Below, piece after piece: positions 44,470 to 53,137 of a stretch of DNA of 64,000 nucleotides. Made by a program: the position numbers and the translations under genes. The notes under the pieces were generated by a model that was given only the letters and a program-made list of their open reading frames with translations, had not been told where the DNA came from and ran no database searches. This DNA is from Candidatus Methanomethylophilaceae archaeon (GTDB lineage: Archaea; Thermoplasmatota; Thermoplasmata; Methanomassiliicoccales; Methanomethylophilaceae): assembly GCA_944321505.1 (NCBI GenBank), contig CALULN010000027.1:10672-74671 (forward strand), read 5' to 3'. Each line of letters begins with the position of its first letter. The first letter of the stretch is position 1.

Positions 44470-45612
44470 TCAATAGGGCGTAACAACGTTAGGATTTGTC
44501 AATTTTCCTACGACCGCATCCCTCACGAACCTGTTGTACGACGACAGGTCCTTCCTGCCGTCGATTATGTCCGCCACAGAATCCCGGATGTGCGGGAAGA
44601 TGATCCTGTAGGACTCGCAGGAGAAGAACCCTGACTCGCCGATCCCGCCCTCGGCGGCGGCATCGATGCTGCATCCGCCGGCGCACTGCGTGAATATGGG
44701 GCAGCTGCGGCATCTCTCCCTGCGCTCGATGGATCCCACCAGCACCTTCCTGAAACCGTCGGAGGAGAACAGCTCGGAGATCGAATCGACATCCATGATG
44801 TTGCCCATCCTGTACTCCGGCGGACAGGGCTTGGAGCAGGGATAGACGTCGCCGTTGGGCTCCACGGAGATCCACCTGGTCAGACACGACGCGTGGGCGC
44901 AGTCGGAGATGTTGGGCTCGGACAGGGAGGCCCTGAGGTACTGGTAGAACGGCAGCACGGGTATGGGTGCGGACGCGTCGGTGAGCCACTCGTCGAAGAG
45001 GGCGATGCACGCCTCTGCGTACTCCTGCGGGGACATCCACAGGTCGCTCTCCGGACATCCGATCATGCGGAGGGCGGGGCTGCAGTAGAACGCTATCCCG
45101 CGGTCCCGGAAGAAGCGGTACATCTCGTGCATCCTGCCGATGTTGCCGGAATGTATGCTGGAGATCACGGAGAACATGTGCCCCTTCTTCGACATCATGG
45201 AGAGGACCGACTCCACCTTCGCCCGGTCTATGCCGGGGCGCAGGCCGGCATCGCAGCCGCCTTCGAAGGACACACCGACGTTGATCCGGGCGTCCCTGCA
45301 GAACTCGAGGAACCTGGGCGTGAGCAGGAGCCCGTTGGTCTGTATGGTGTTGCCGCACCTGCCGATGGCCTTCCCGTAGGCTTCCTTCTGGCAGGCCCTG
45401 GCCCTCTTGAAGAAGCGCTCGCCGGCGAGAAGGGGCTCGCCTCCCGTCCAGAGGTACCTGGCGGAATCATACTCGGCGCGGACCATGCCGACGGTCTTCT
45501 CCACGACGGACATGTCCATGACGCCGCTGCCGTCGTCATGGCTGTAGCAGTGCCTGCAGTGAGCGTTGCAGGACAGCGTCGGCTTCATAACAACCAACAG
45601 GAACGGCTTCAT
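44470..45612 (-). CDS. Radical SAM enzyme with C-terminal SPASM domain (peptide/protein-modifying maturase type)
   Basis: CNAHCRHC (CxxxCxxC) at residues 16-23. GGEPLL. C-terminal auxiliary-cluster cysteines CAHASC...YPCSK...CRSCPIFTQCAGGC. Confidence 0.9.
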   Translation of the reverse strand: MKPFLLVVMKPTLSCNAHCRHCYSHDDGSGVMDMSVVEKTVGMVRAEYDSARYLWTGGEPLLAGERFFKRARACQKEAYGKAIGRCGNTIQTNGLLLTPRFLEFCRDARINVGVSFEGGCDAGLRPGIDRAKVESVLSMMSKKGHMFSVISSIHSGNIGRMHEMYRFFRDRGIAFYCSPALRMIGCPESDLWMSPQEYAEACIALFDEWLTDASAPIPVLPFYQYLRASLSEPNISDCAHASCLTRWISVEPNGDVYPCSKPCPPEYRMGNIMDVDSISELFSSDGFRKVLVGSIERRERCRSCPIFTQCAGGCSIDAAAEGGIGESGFFSCESYRIIFPHIRDSVADIIDGRKDLSSYNRFVRDAVVGKLTNPNVVTPY

Positions 45613-45655
45613 AGCCTCGCCTGACAGTCAGCTGCGGATGGGCAGCCAATGGCGC

Positions 45656-45916
45656 TCAGAAGGGCCAGTAGCAGTAGTCGCAGCAGGTCCCGTCGGTGCC
45701 GTAGGCGCAGCACACGAGCACGACCACGATGAGTGCCAGGAGCTCAACGGCGCAGTGGGCTCCGCAACAGGGGTAGCATCCGGGAGTGCCGTAGTGAGGA
45801 TCGTCCTCAACCTCGTGTCCGGTGGGGGGGTTGTAGACGATCTGCGAGCTCGCAGGCATAGCCTGGGCGATGTAGTCCTCGGTCAGCTCCTGGGTGGATT
45901 TCTCTTCGTTGCTCAT
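45656..45916 (-). CDS. 86-aa Cys-rich small protein, candidate substrate/precursor of the adjacent radical SAM enzyme
   Basis: MSNEEKSTQELTEDYIAQAMPASSQIVYNPPTGHEVEDDPHYGTPGCYPCCGAHCAVELLALIVVVLVCCAYGTDGTCCDYCYWPF, with 9 Cys in the last 41 residues. GGTGA-type SD 6 nt upstream of ATG 45916. Its stop is 43 nt before the rSAM ATG. Confidence 0.55.
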   Translation of the reverse strand: MSNEEKSTQELTEDYIAQAMPASSQIVYNPPTGHEVEDDPHYGTPGCYPCCGAHCAVELLALIVVVLVCCAYGTDGTCCDYCYWPF

Positions 45917-46006
45917 ACGCTCACCAATATCGGGCCTCAAACGCCCGATTGAATGTCACGGGATGCCCATGGACATATTTTAAAGTGATGGGGTCATCCA
46001 GCCAGC

Positions 46007-46927
46007 ATGTTCGGGTATGCGGTGCCTGTGGACATGACGCTCTCCGGTGCGGACGCCGCGGCGTACCGCGGATACTACTGCGAGACCTGCCATCAGCTCA
46101 GGGACTGCTACGGCGTGATGTCCGCGATCATAGTCAGCTACGAGATGACCTTCGCATCCATCCTCCTGAACTCGGTGTCCTCCGACGGTGTGGACGTCCA
46201 GGAGCCGAGGGCCGGACCGCTCTGCGTGCTCCGCCACGCCTCCCGCAGGACAGGGCTCCTCAGGAAGCTCGCCGCATACTCCGTCCTGGTGACCAACAAC
46301 GACCTCATAGACGACAGACTGGACGGCGCCACCGTGAAGACCAACCTCGGCCTCCTGTGGATGAACCACTCCATCGAGAGAGCCAGACGCGACTTCCCCG
46401 AGTACGACCGCCTCATAATGGACGGATACGCCGGACTGCGGGAGAAGGAGGCCGCCGGATGCTCGGACCCGGTGGAGATGGGGTACGCCTCCGCCGCCAG
46501 CATGGTCGGTGTCATGAGGCTCATGAACGGGGAGGAATGGACGCCGGTCCTGGAGAGGCTGTTCCTCAACCTCGGCGCCTGGGTCTACATAATGGACGCC
46601 ATCGACGACCTGGACGAGGACCATGAGAAGGGGCAGTACAACCCGTTCCTGGCAGGGGCCTCGGAGTTCAACGGCGCCCGGAACTTCGTCACGTCCAACA
46701 TCTACACGATATCGGATGCCGTACGCACCGTGGTGGGTGAGATACAGAGCGCCTACTCGGAGCTGCGCCCGTCCATGGTCAGGAACACCGGCATCTGCGA
46801 CAACATCGTCTACCAGGGGATCCCCACCACCGTGCGCCTGGTGATGGACGGCAGGTCCAGGATGAAGCCCACCCTGACCGACATGATCGGCGGCAAGGTG
46901 AACCGCACCATCGGCTCTCAGTTCTGA
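46007..46927 (+). CDS. DUF5685-like protein (family assignment from memory)
   Basis: The N-terminus MFGYAVPVDMTLSGADAAAYRGYYCETCHQL matches my recollection of the MFGY...Y..YYCG.C signature. An AT-rich box (ACATATTTTAAAG, 45974-45986) lies about 26 nt upstream of the ATG. Confidence 0.5.
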   Translation: MFGYAVPVDMTLSGADAAAYRGYYCETCHQLRDCYGVMSAIIVSYEMTFASILLNSVSSDGVDVQEPRAGPLCVLRHASRRTGLLRKLAAYSVLVTNNDLIDDRLDGATVKTNLGLLWMNHSIERARRDFPEYDRLIMDGYAGLREKEAAGCSDPVEMGYASAASMVGVMRLMNGEEWTPVLERLFLNLGAWVYIMDAIDDLDEDHEKGQYNPFLAGASEFNGARNFVTSNIYTISDAVRTVVGEIQSAYSELRPSMVRNTGICDNIVYQGIPTTVRLVMDGRSRMKPTLTDMIGGKVNRTIGSQF

Positions 46928-47451
46928 CGGTTCACCACGTCTATGTGGATGTTCTCCATGACATCCAGCGCCTTCGAGTTCATCTCCGGGTCAGGGGATG
47001 CGGTGCATGCCGCATCCACCACGATCCTCGCCTCCGGGAACGCCGCCTTCAGTATCACGGCGTTGGACAGCACGCACATGCTGCCCACCAGCCCGCAGAG
47101 CTCGATCTGGTCGAACCGCCCCTGATAGAACGACAGCCTCGCCGCCAGGTCCTCCGAGCCGAAGCGGTCCTTGACCACCGTGTTCCCCTCGTTGCAGTAC
47201 CTGGCCACCGAGCCGTATATGGCGGAGCCCTCCTCGTCCACGCAGTGGGGAACGGGGAGCCTCCTCCCCTCCTGAGTGCACGGGTAGCGGTCGGCATCAT
47301 GCATGTCCTTGGTGAACACCACCATATCCCCGTTGGAGACGTACTCCCTGACCTTGGCCTCGATGGGGCCTTCCAATGCGGCGGCCTCCGGGAACCCCAG
47401 GGCGCCGTCGACGAAATCCTTCTGGAAATCAACCACTACCAGGACCCGCAT
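46918..47451 (-). CDS. Isochorismatase-family hydrolase (nicotinamidase/PncA-like)
   Basis: MRVLVVVDFQKDFVDG...ELCGLVGSMCV, with the Asp, Lys and Cys catalytic-triad context of cysteine hydrolases. Confidence 0.8.
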   Translation of the reverse strand: MRVLVVVDFQKDFVDGALGFPEAAALEGPIEAKVREYVSNGDMVVFTKDMHDADRYPCTQEGRRLPVPHCVDEEGSAIYGSVARYCNEGNTVVKDRFGSEDLAARLSFYQGRFDQIELCGLVGSMCVLSNAVILKAAFPEARIVVDAACTASPDPEMNSKALDVMENIHIDVVNRQN

Positions 47452-47522
47452 GCACCTCCATGACCGCGGGCGTATTTAACCGGCAGGCAAGCGAATTATA
47501 CCGCCCCGACATTGGATGCCCC

Positions 47523-48269
47523 ATGGGGAAGTACAACGCCGACATCCTCTCTTTCGTCGAGGACAGGAAGGTCATCGAGTTCGACATCGGCCGCCCGCGC
47601 AAGATCACCGGATCCAGGATCGCGGCCATCCTCGGCATGAACGAGTACACCACCCCGTTCAAGGCCGCCTGCGAGATGGTGGGCCTGTGGAAGGAGCCTC
47701 CGTCCAAGTTCACCGAAGCGGGCAACGTGATGGAGCCGAAGATCCGCGGATATGTGCGCGACCATGCGGAGGAGCTCATCGGAGAGGCCCTCGGCGACGG
47801 AGTGATCGGTGTGGAGGACCCCGTTCCCGCCCGGGAATGCGGGTTCGAGCACTTCCCCGGGAAAGAACCGTTCGGAGGGATGGTGGACGGCTACGTCACC
47901 GTCGACGGGAGGAGGGCCGCCGTTCTGGAGATCAAGACCGCCAGCAGGAAGGACGGATGGTTCGGCACCGACGGGTCGCCTGAGGTCCCCTTCGGCTACG
48001 TGCTCCAGGCATCCCTGTACTGCGAACTGTCGGGCCTGGGCAGGATAGTGTTCGCCGCAGGGTTCCCGGAGGCATCCGACTACGAGGACCCGGAGTCCTG
48101 GGAGCCCTGTCCGGAGAACACGGCGGTCCGCATCGTCAGCGCCTACCTCATGAGGGCCATGATGGACGAGGCCGTGACCTGGTACAACAGATACATCCGC
48201 AGAGGCATCACTCCGCCATGGACCGACAGGGACACGGAACTGGTGGAGGCGCTGCTCTCCCGCTACTGA
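47523..48269 (+). CDS. YqaJ-like (lambda-exonuclease fold, PD-(D/E)XK) viral-type recombinase nuclease
   Basis: ITGSRIAAILGMNEYTTPFKAACEMVG...GMVDGYV...LEIKTAS, the motifs of the YqaJ family. ATG at 47523, about 26 nt downstream of GAATTATA. Confidence 0.75.
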   Translation: MGKYNADILSFVEDRKVIEFDIGRPRKITGSRIAAILGMNEYTTPFKAACEMVGLWKEPPSKFTEAGNVMEPKIRGYVRDHAEELIGEALGDGVIGVEDPVPARECGFEHFPGKEPFGGMVDGYVTVDGRRAAVLEIKTASRKDGWFGTDGSPEVPFGYVLQASLYCELSGLGRIVFAAGFPEASDYEDPESWEPCPENTAVRIVSAYLMRAMMDEAVTWYNRYIRRGITPPWTDRDTELVEALLSRY

Positions 48270-48901
48270 TCCGCCTTCTTCCCGATGGGATCGATGTAGA
48301 GCTTGTACGCCGGGAGGAGGCAGCATCCGATCAGATTGCCCACCAGGATCACGCCGATGAACGTCAGCGACTCCGGCGACCACATCATGCCTGCGGAGAA
48401 GAAGTAGAACATGTCCGCGATGCTGTGCTCGAATCCCGCCATGATGAACACGGGGACCGCTATGAACACCGCCAGAGGTGTGTTCTTGGTCCTGTAGGTG
48501 TCGACGGCGATGTACATCAGCAGACCGCACATGACTCCCTTCATCAGGGCCGGGAGGATGTCCAGCCCCAACTTGGTCTGGCACATGGCCACTGCGGAGT
48601 CTATGGGGAATGCGTACCCCACTATCATGCAGCCCACGAAGTTCCCTATGATGGTGATCACGACCTCGAGGAGGTATGTGCGGTCGTTCTCCAGGATGTA
48701 GCCGACCTTGCCGGTGTACAGGTTGAGGCCGTAGAGGACCACGGCGTACAGACCCACCGAGAAGAGGATCGCTCCGACCCATTTGAACTCCTGTCCGCAC
48801 TGGGCGGTGGTCTCCAGGAGCACCACACCGCCGATGCTGATCATCATACCCGCCAGTATCGCTTTGAAGAACCACTGGACCGGCTGCATGAATGCATGCA
48901 T
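48263..48901 (-). CDS. Formate/nitrite transporter (FNT) family protein
   Basis: Six TM. LYTGKV and the GFEHSIADMFYF signature. Confidence 0.8.
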   Translation of the reverse strand: MHAFMQPVQWFFKAILAGMMISIGGVVLLETTAQCGQEFKWVGAILFSVGLYAVVLYGLNLYTGKVGYILENDRTYLLEVVITIIGNFVGCMIVGYAFPIDSAVAMCQTKLGLDILPALMKGVMCGLLMYIAVDTYRTKNTPLAVFIAVPVFIMAGFEHSIADMFYFFSAGMMWSPESLTFIGVILVGNLIGCCLLPAYKLYIDPIGKKADQ

Positions 48902-48960
48902 TTTTTGTGCGTACTTATTGGTTTACATCGCAGATTGCATCAATCAAATATCCGTGCGGC

Positions 48961-49524
48961 ATGACACCCTCTATGAGTGAGATCGACGCACTGATCTGGA
49001 TTCGGGACAACATGTCCTGCGGATTCCTGGACTCCGCCATGCCCGCGGTGTCCCTATCGGTCACCGCGGACATCATCTGGTTCGCGGCATCGCTCCTGCT
49101 CATGGTCAGGAAGGACACCCGCCATATCGGAGCGGTCCTGTTCCTGGCGGAGGTGCTCTGCATCATCCTCGGGAATGTGATCCTGAAGAACGTCTTCGAG
49201 AGGCCCCGTCCCTTCGATGCGTATCCCTTCGAGCTGATCGTCACCGAACCGTCCGACTGGTCGTTCCCGTCTGGACACACCGCCGGCTCCTTCGCAGCCG
49301 CGACCGTCGCCCTCATGCACAGCAAGAAAATCGGATATGCTATGCTCGCGTACGCGGCCGTAGTGGGATTCTCCAGGCTGTACCTGTGCGTCCACTACCC
49401 ATCGGACGTGTTCGGCGGGGCAATGCTGGGGGTGCTCTGCGCCGTCGCCGCAAGACTTATCATAGACCGCATCACGGAGGGGGATGGATATGGATCCGGA
49501 GGAGATCGCCAGGGAGTTCGTTGA
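48961..49524 (+). CDS. PAP2-family phosphatase (undecaprenyl/lipid phosphate phosphatase-like)
   Basis: The three PAP2 motifs: KNVFERPRP, PSGH, SRLYLCVHYPSD. Start set at ATG 48961. Confidence 0.8.
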   Translation: MTPSMSEIDALIWIRDNMSCGFLDSAMPAVSLSVTADIIWFAASLLLMVRKDTRHIGAVLFLAEVLCIILGNVILKNVFERPRPFDAYPFELIVTEPSDWSFPSGHTAGSFAAATVALMHSKKIGYAMLAYAAVVGFSRLYLCVHYPSDVFGGAMLGVLCAVAARLIIDRITEGDGYGSGGDRQGVR

Positions 49525-50080
49525 GTCGCGCCGCTCGGGACGCCTCGCCGACAACGAGTACATCGCGTTCAGGAGATCGTCCGCGAGAGCCTTCACGAAG
49601 CTGGTCTCCCGCTGGTCCTATCGCCTCAGCCCGGAGACCATCAGGTCGGTGCTAGCTCTGTGCCCTTCGTCATACTTCGTGGACCAGACCGGGTTGGACG
49701 ACGACCCTGCCGAGTCCGTCATCGCCCTGAATCCCTCCGACCGCATCTCCAACATGATCCTGGGCCTCATCGACGGCGGCCCCATTACCAGGGCGAAGTT
49801 CGAGACACCGCTGCCAGGAGCAGACGTCGGCATCAAGACCGAGATCGCATCGCTGAAGGATCCGGACGGATCCGTCCCCGCCGATGTGTTCACCCTTTCC
49901 GCCATGGATGAGCTGGGCCTCAGCTGCGGTGCGGATACGTTCACCGGCTACCTGGGGTTCATGGATGACTGCAGGGGCCTCCGCATGATGCTGATGGAGG
50001 CCGGTCTCCCGCACCCTACCATGGGCGACGTGCACGAGTTCCTGCTGCACGTCTATGCGGAATCCAGAAAGCGGTGCTGA
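49484..50080 (+). CDS. Hypothetical protein
   Basis: 198-aa ORF that overlaps the PAP2 3' end by 41 nt. I recognise no motif. Confidence 0.4.
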   Translation: MDMDPEEIAREFVESRRSGRLADNEYIAFRRSSARAFTKLVSRWSYRLSPETIRSVLALCPSSYFVDQTGLDDDPAESVIALNPSDRISNMILGLIDGGPITRAKFETPLPGADVGIKTEIASLKDPDGSVPADVFTLSAMDELGLSCGADTFTGYLGFMDDCRGLRMMLMEAGLPHPTMGDVHEFLLHVYAESRKRC

Positions 50081-50111
50081 AGCCTGTATGAAAATGAGAA
50101 TAGGTTTGGGA

Positions 50112-50127
50112 GGCCCCTTGCGGGGCC
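50112..50127. terminator. Stem-loop between convergent genes
   Basis: GGCCCC-TTGC-GGGGCC, followed by GTTTT. It sits between the stops at 50080 (+) and 50132 (-). Confidence 0.45.
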
Positions 50128-50131
50128 GTTT

Positions 50132-50299
50132 TCATCCCTTCCTGTCCTTGCAATGGCAGCTGTCGTCGGAGATGCGGTGGCAGGCGCCTCCGCAGCTCGC
50201 GCATCCGCCCTTGGTGGACAGCGTCCTGTAGATGCCGTAGCACGCCAGTGCCAGCACCAGGACGACGACCGCAGCGACCAGAAGGGTGGCGCCGTTCAT
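50132..50299 (-). CDS. FeoB-associated Cys-rich small membrane protein
   Basis: 55 aa: MNGATLLVAAVVVLVLALACYGIYRTLSTKGGCASCGGACHRISDDSCHCKDRKG. One TM helix plus a Cys cluster. ATGA overlap with the feoB stop. Confidence 0.7.
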   Translation of the reverse strand: MNGATLLVAAVVVLVLALACYGIYRTLSTKGGCASCGGACHRISDDSCHCKDRKG

Positions 50300-52416
50300 G
50301 CGGTGACCGCCTCCACCTTGGATTTGATCGTTCCGAAGGGGTCTTTGGCAATCAGCAGGAACACCAAGGCCGCCAGGGCGATGACCGCCATGATGATGCC
50401 CACGGGCTCGACGGTTCCGTACAGCGCCACCAGCCCAAACTGGTAGACGATGACCGAGACGGCATATGCCAGCAGGCACTGGTATCCGACGCCGAAGGCG
50501 GTCGCCTTCCATGTGCCGAGCTCACGGTGCATGGCTCCGATGGCTGCGAAGCAGGGCGCGCAGATCAGGTTGAACAGCAGGAAGGAGAATCCCGCCAGAG
50601 GCGTGATCATGCCCGCCAGGAGCGTCCAGAACTCCTCTCCGGCCTCAGACACCTCCGCGAAGCCGAACAGCACTCCCAGTGTGCCCACCACGTTCTCCTT
50701 CGCCAGGAGGCCGGTGACGGTGGCCACTGTGAACTGCCAGTCTCCGAATCCCAGAGGCGCGAATATGAATCCGATGGCGTTGCCGATGGATGCCAGCATG
50801 GATGCGTCGGCATCCACCATCTCCAGGGACCAGTTGAAGCTGGACAGGACCCAGACCAGTGCGCAGGCAACCAGGATGAAGGTACCTGCCTTCTTCACGA
50901 AAGCCCAGCCCCTCTGCAGCACGGACATGACCATGTTCATGACCGAGGGCAGATGGTAGGGGGGCAGCTCCATGATGAACGGGGAGGGCTCGCCCACGAA
51001 GGACTTCCACTTCTTCAGGATGATTCCGGACATCAGTATGCACAGGATGCCTATCAGGTAGGAAGAGAGCGCTATCGCGGCGGATCCGCCGAACAGCGCT
51101 CCTGCGATGAGGGCGATGATGGGCAGCTTGGCGCTGCAGGGGATGAAGGTGGTGGTCATCGCCGTGATGCGGCGGTCCCTGTCGCTCTCGATGGTCCTGG
51201 AGGCCATGACGCCGGGGACTCCGCAGCCCATGCCCACCATGACGGGGATGAAGGACTTGCCGGAGAGGCCGAACCTCCTGAATATGCGGTCCATGACGAA
51301 GGCGATACGGGACATGTACCCGATCTCCTCGAGGATGGCCAGCAGCAGGAACATGACCAGCATCTGCGGCAGGAATCCCAGCACGGCGCCGACTCCTCCT
51401 ATCAGGCCTTCGACGACGAATCCGGACAGAGCCTCGTTGACGCCGGCATTGGCCAGCCAATCGCGTGCAGCGGGAAGGACCCACTCGCCGAAGAACACAT
51501 CGTTGACCCAGTCCGTCCCCATGGTTCCGATGGTCTGCACGGCGAGGTAGTACACGCCGTACATAACGGCAACGAAGATGGGCAGACCCAGCCACTTGTT
51601 GGTGACGTACCTGTCGACTTTGTCGGAGAATGTCTCCCTGTTGCGGTCGACGGGGGCGTTCAGGCATCCGGACACCGTGTCGCAGATGGAGTTGTACCTC
51701 TGGTCGGTGATGATGCTCTCGGAGGAGTCGTCGTACTCGTCCTCCAGCGCCTTTATGATCGGCTCCGCGTCGAATCCTTCTCTGACGTACTCTGAGGCCT
51801 TCTCGTCCCTCTCGATGACCTTGATGGCGGCCCATCTCCTCAGCTCGGGCCTCAGGTCGGACCTGATCCCCTCCTCCGCCTTGGCGATGGCATCCTCCAC
51901 CGACGGCTCGAACCTCTGGGGGATCGGCTCCACCTTGGAAGCCGTGGCCAGCGCCTTCTTGACGTCGTCGATTCCCGTCCCTTTGGAGGCGGTGGTCTCG
52001 ACCACGGTGCACCCGAGCATCCTGCCCAGGTTGGCAGCGCTGATGGAAATGCCCTTGGCTGCCGCCAGGTCCATCATGTTCAGGATCATCACCACGGGGG
52101 TGCCCATCTCCAGGAGCTGCACCGTCAGGTACAGGTTCCTCTCCAGATTGGAGGCGTCCACCACGTTGAGGATCAGATCCGGCTTCTCGTTCACGATGTA
52201 GTCTCTGGAGACTATCTCCTCGGGAGAGTAGGGTGACAGGGAGTAGATGCCGGGCAGGTCCACCAGGACCGTGTCCTCGACGCCCTTTATGCGCCCCTCC
52301 TTCCGATCGATAGTCACTCCCGGCCAGTTCCCCACGCGCTGGGAGGACCCGGTGAGCTTGTTGAACACCGTGGTCTTCCCGCTGTTGGGGTTCCCGGCCA
52401 ATGCTATCGTTCTCAT
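50296..52416 (-). CDS. feoB: Ferrous iron transporter FeoB
   Basis: N-terminal G domain (MRTIALAGNPNSGKTT, DLPG, NMMD) plus a large polytopic membrane domain. ATG 52416 is preceded by GGAGGA. Confidence 0.95.
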   Translation of the reverse strand: MRTIALAGNPNSGKTTVFNKLTGSSQRVGNWPGVTIDRKEGRIKGVEDTVLVDLPGIYSLSPYSPEEIVSRDYIVNEKPDLILNVVDASNLERNLYLTVQLLEMGTPVVMILNMMDLAAAKGISISAANLGRMLGCTVVETTASKGTGIDDVKKALATASKVEPIPQRFEPSVEDAIAKAEEGIRSDLRPELRRWAAIKVIERDEKASEYVREGFDAEPIIKALEDEYDDSSESIITDQRYNSICDTVSGCLNAPVDRNRETFSDKVDRYVTNKWLGLPIFVAVMYGVYYLAVQTIGTMGTDWVNDVFFGEWVLPAARDWLANAGVNEALSGFVVEGLIGGVGAVLGFLPQMLVMFLLLAILEEIGYMSRIAFVMDRIFRRFGLSGKSFIPVMVGMGCGVPGVMASRTIESDRDRRITAMTTTFIPCSAKLPIIALIAGALFGGSAAIALSSYLIGILCILMSGIILKKWKSFVGEPSPFIMELPPYHLPSVMNMVMSVLQRGWAFVKKAGTFILVACALVWVLSSFNWSLEMVDADASMLASIGNAIGFIFAPLGFGDWQFTVATVTGLLAKENVVGTLGVLFGFAEVSEAGEEFWTLLAGMITPLAGFSFLLFNLICAPCFAAIGAMHRELGTWKATAFGVGYQCLLAYAVSVIVYQFGLVALYGTVEPVGIIMAVIALAALVFLLIAKDPFGTIKSKVEAVTA

Positions 52417-52479
52417 TTTCAATCCTCCGTCCATAGCATCCGCTGAAGGATGCAAATTCGAATTAGCTTCAGAATCCCC

Positions 52480-52701
52480 TCACTCGATCTCGATGAGCGA
52501 TGCCTCGCTCTTCCTGAGCGACAGCTCGTATCCTCTCACGGTGACCTCCAACGGGTCCCCGAGGGGTGCGGTTTTGTTCACGACTATGGTGCACCCCTTG
52601 GTGATGCCCATATCCATGAGTCTTCTTCTGACGGGGCCTTCCCCGACGATCCTCTTCACCTTGACCTCCTTTCCGAAGGCCGCATCCTTCAACGTAGCCA
52701 T
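52480..52701 (-). CDS. feoA: FeoA-family protein
   Basis: 73 aa. VKRIVGEGPVRRRLMDMGITKGCTIVV...PLEVTVRGYELSLRKSEA, an SH3-like FeoA pattern. Confidence 0.85.
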   Translation of the reverse strand: MATLKDAAFGKEVKVKRIVGEGPVRRRLMDMGITKGCTIVVNKTAPLGDPLEVTVRGYELSLRKSEASLIEIE

Positions 52702-52706
52702 GAGTC

Positions 52707-53015
52707 TCACTCCGGGTCGTACATTATCTTGGAAACAAGGGTACGGTCCATGGCTATCTTCGAGCCCCTCACGGCGAGGATCATGTTCCCTCCCACGACG
52801 GAGTGGACGCAGACCTCCTCGCCGACTGTGAACCCCAGGCAGAAGAGGTGACGTCTCACCTCGTCCTTGCCGGAGATCCTCACGATCGTCCCTCTGGATC
52901 CCACCCTTGCCGTGGAGAGAGGGATCCCTCCGGACTTGGGCGCCGAATCCGGCGTACCGCACCCGCACGAGCTGCAGGACACACAGCGCTGGGTGCATAG
53001 CATGCTTGCTTCCAT
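52707..53015 (-). CDS. feoA: FeoA-family protein with Cys-rich N-terminal extension
   Basis: The FeoA core is GTIVRISGKDEVRRHLFCLGFTVGEEV...MILAVRGSKIAMD. It is preceded by CTQRCVSCSSCGCG. Confidence 0.8.
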   Translation of the reverse strand: MEASMLCTQRCVSCSSCGCGTPDSAPKSGGIPLSTARVGSRGTIVRISGKDEVRRHLFCLGFTVGEEVCVHSVVGGNMILAVRGSKIAMDRTLVSKIMYDPE

Positions 53016-53018
53016 GTT

Positions 53019-53061
53019 CTTTAGGAGTACCTAATCGTATTTAATTTAGTCGGTCCTAAAA
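53019..53061. promoter_or_regulatory. Two tandem copies of the TTTAGGA-NN-TCCTAAA palindrome upstream of feoA
   Basis: CTTTAGGAGTACCTAATC (53019-53036) and ATTTAGTCGGTCCTAAAA (53044-53061). Each is 14/18 to the consensus of the sites at 20828 and 22840. They lie 4-46 nt upstream of ATG 53015. Confidence 0.45.
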
Positions 53062-53137
53062 ACTATGTTCCGAGTAGGGAATCGGCTTCCGGCGGCGTCT
53101 GCGATTACGTTATCTACAACCTCGTCGTATCCGCGTC

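Noticed and set aside
50248-52012. 515-aa (+) and 455-aa (-) ORFs across feoB
   Set aside because: They are alternate-frame or antisense artefacts. FeoB in the 50296..52416 frame is complete.
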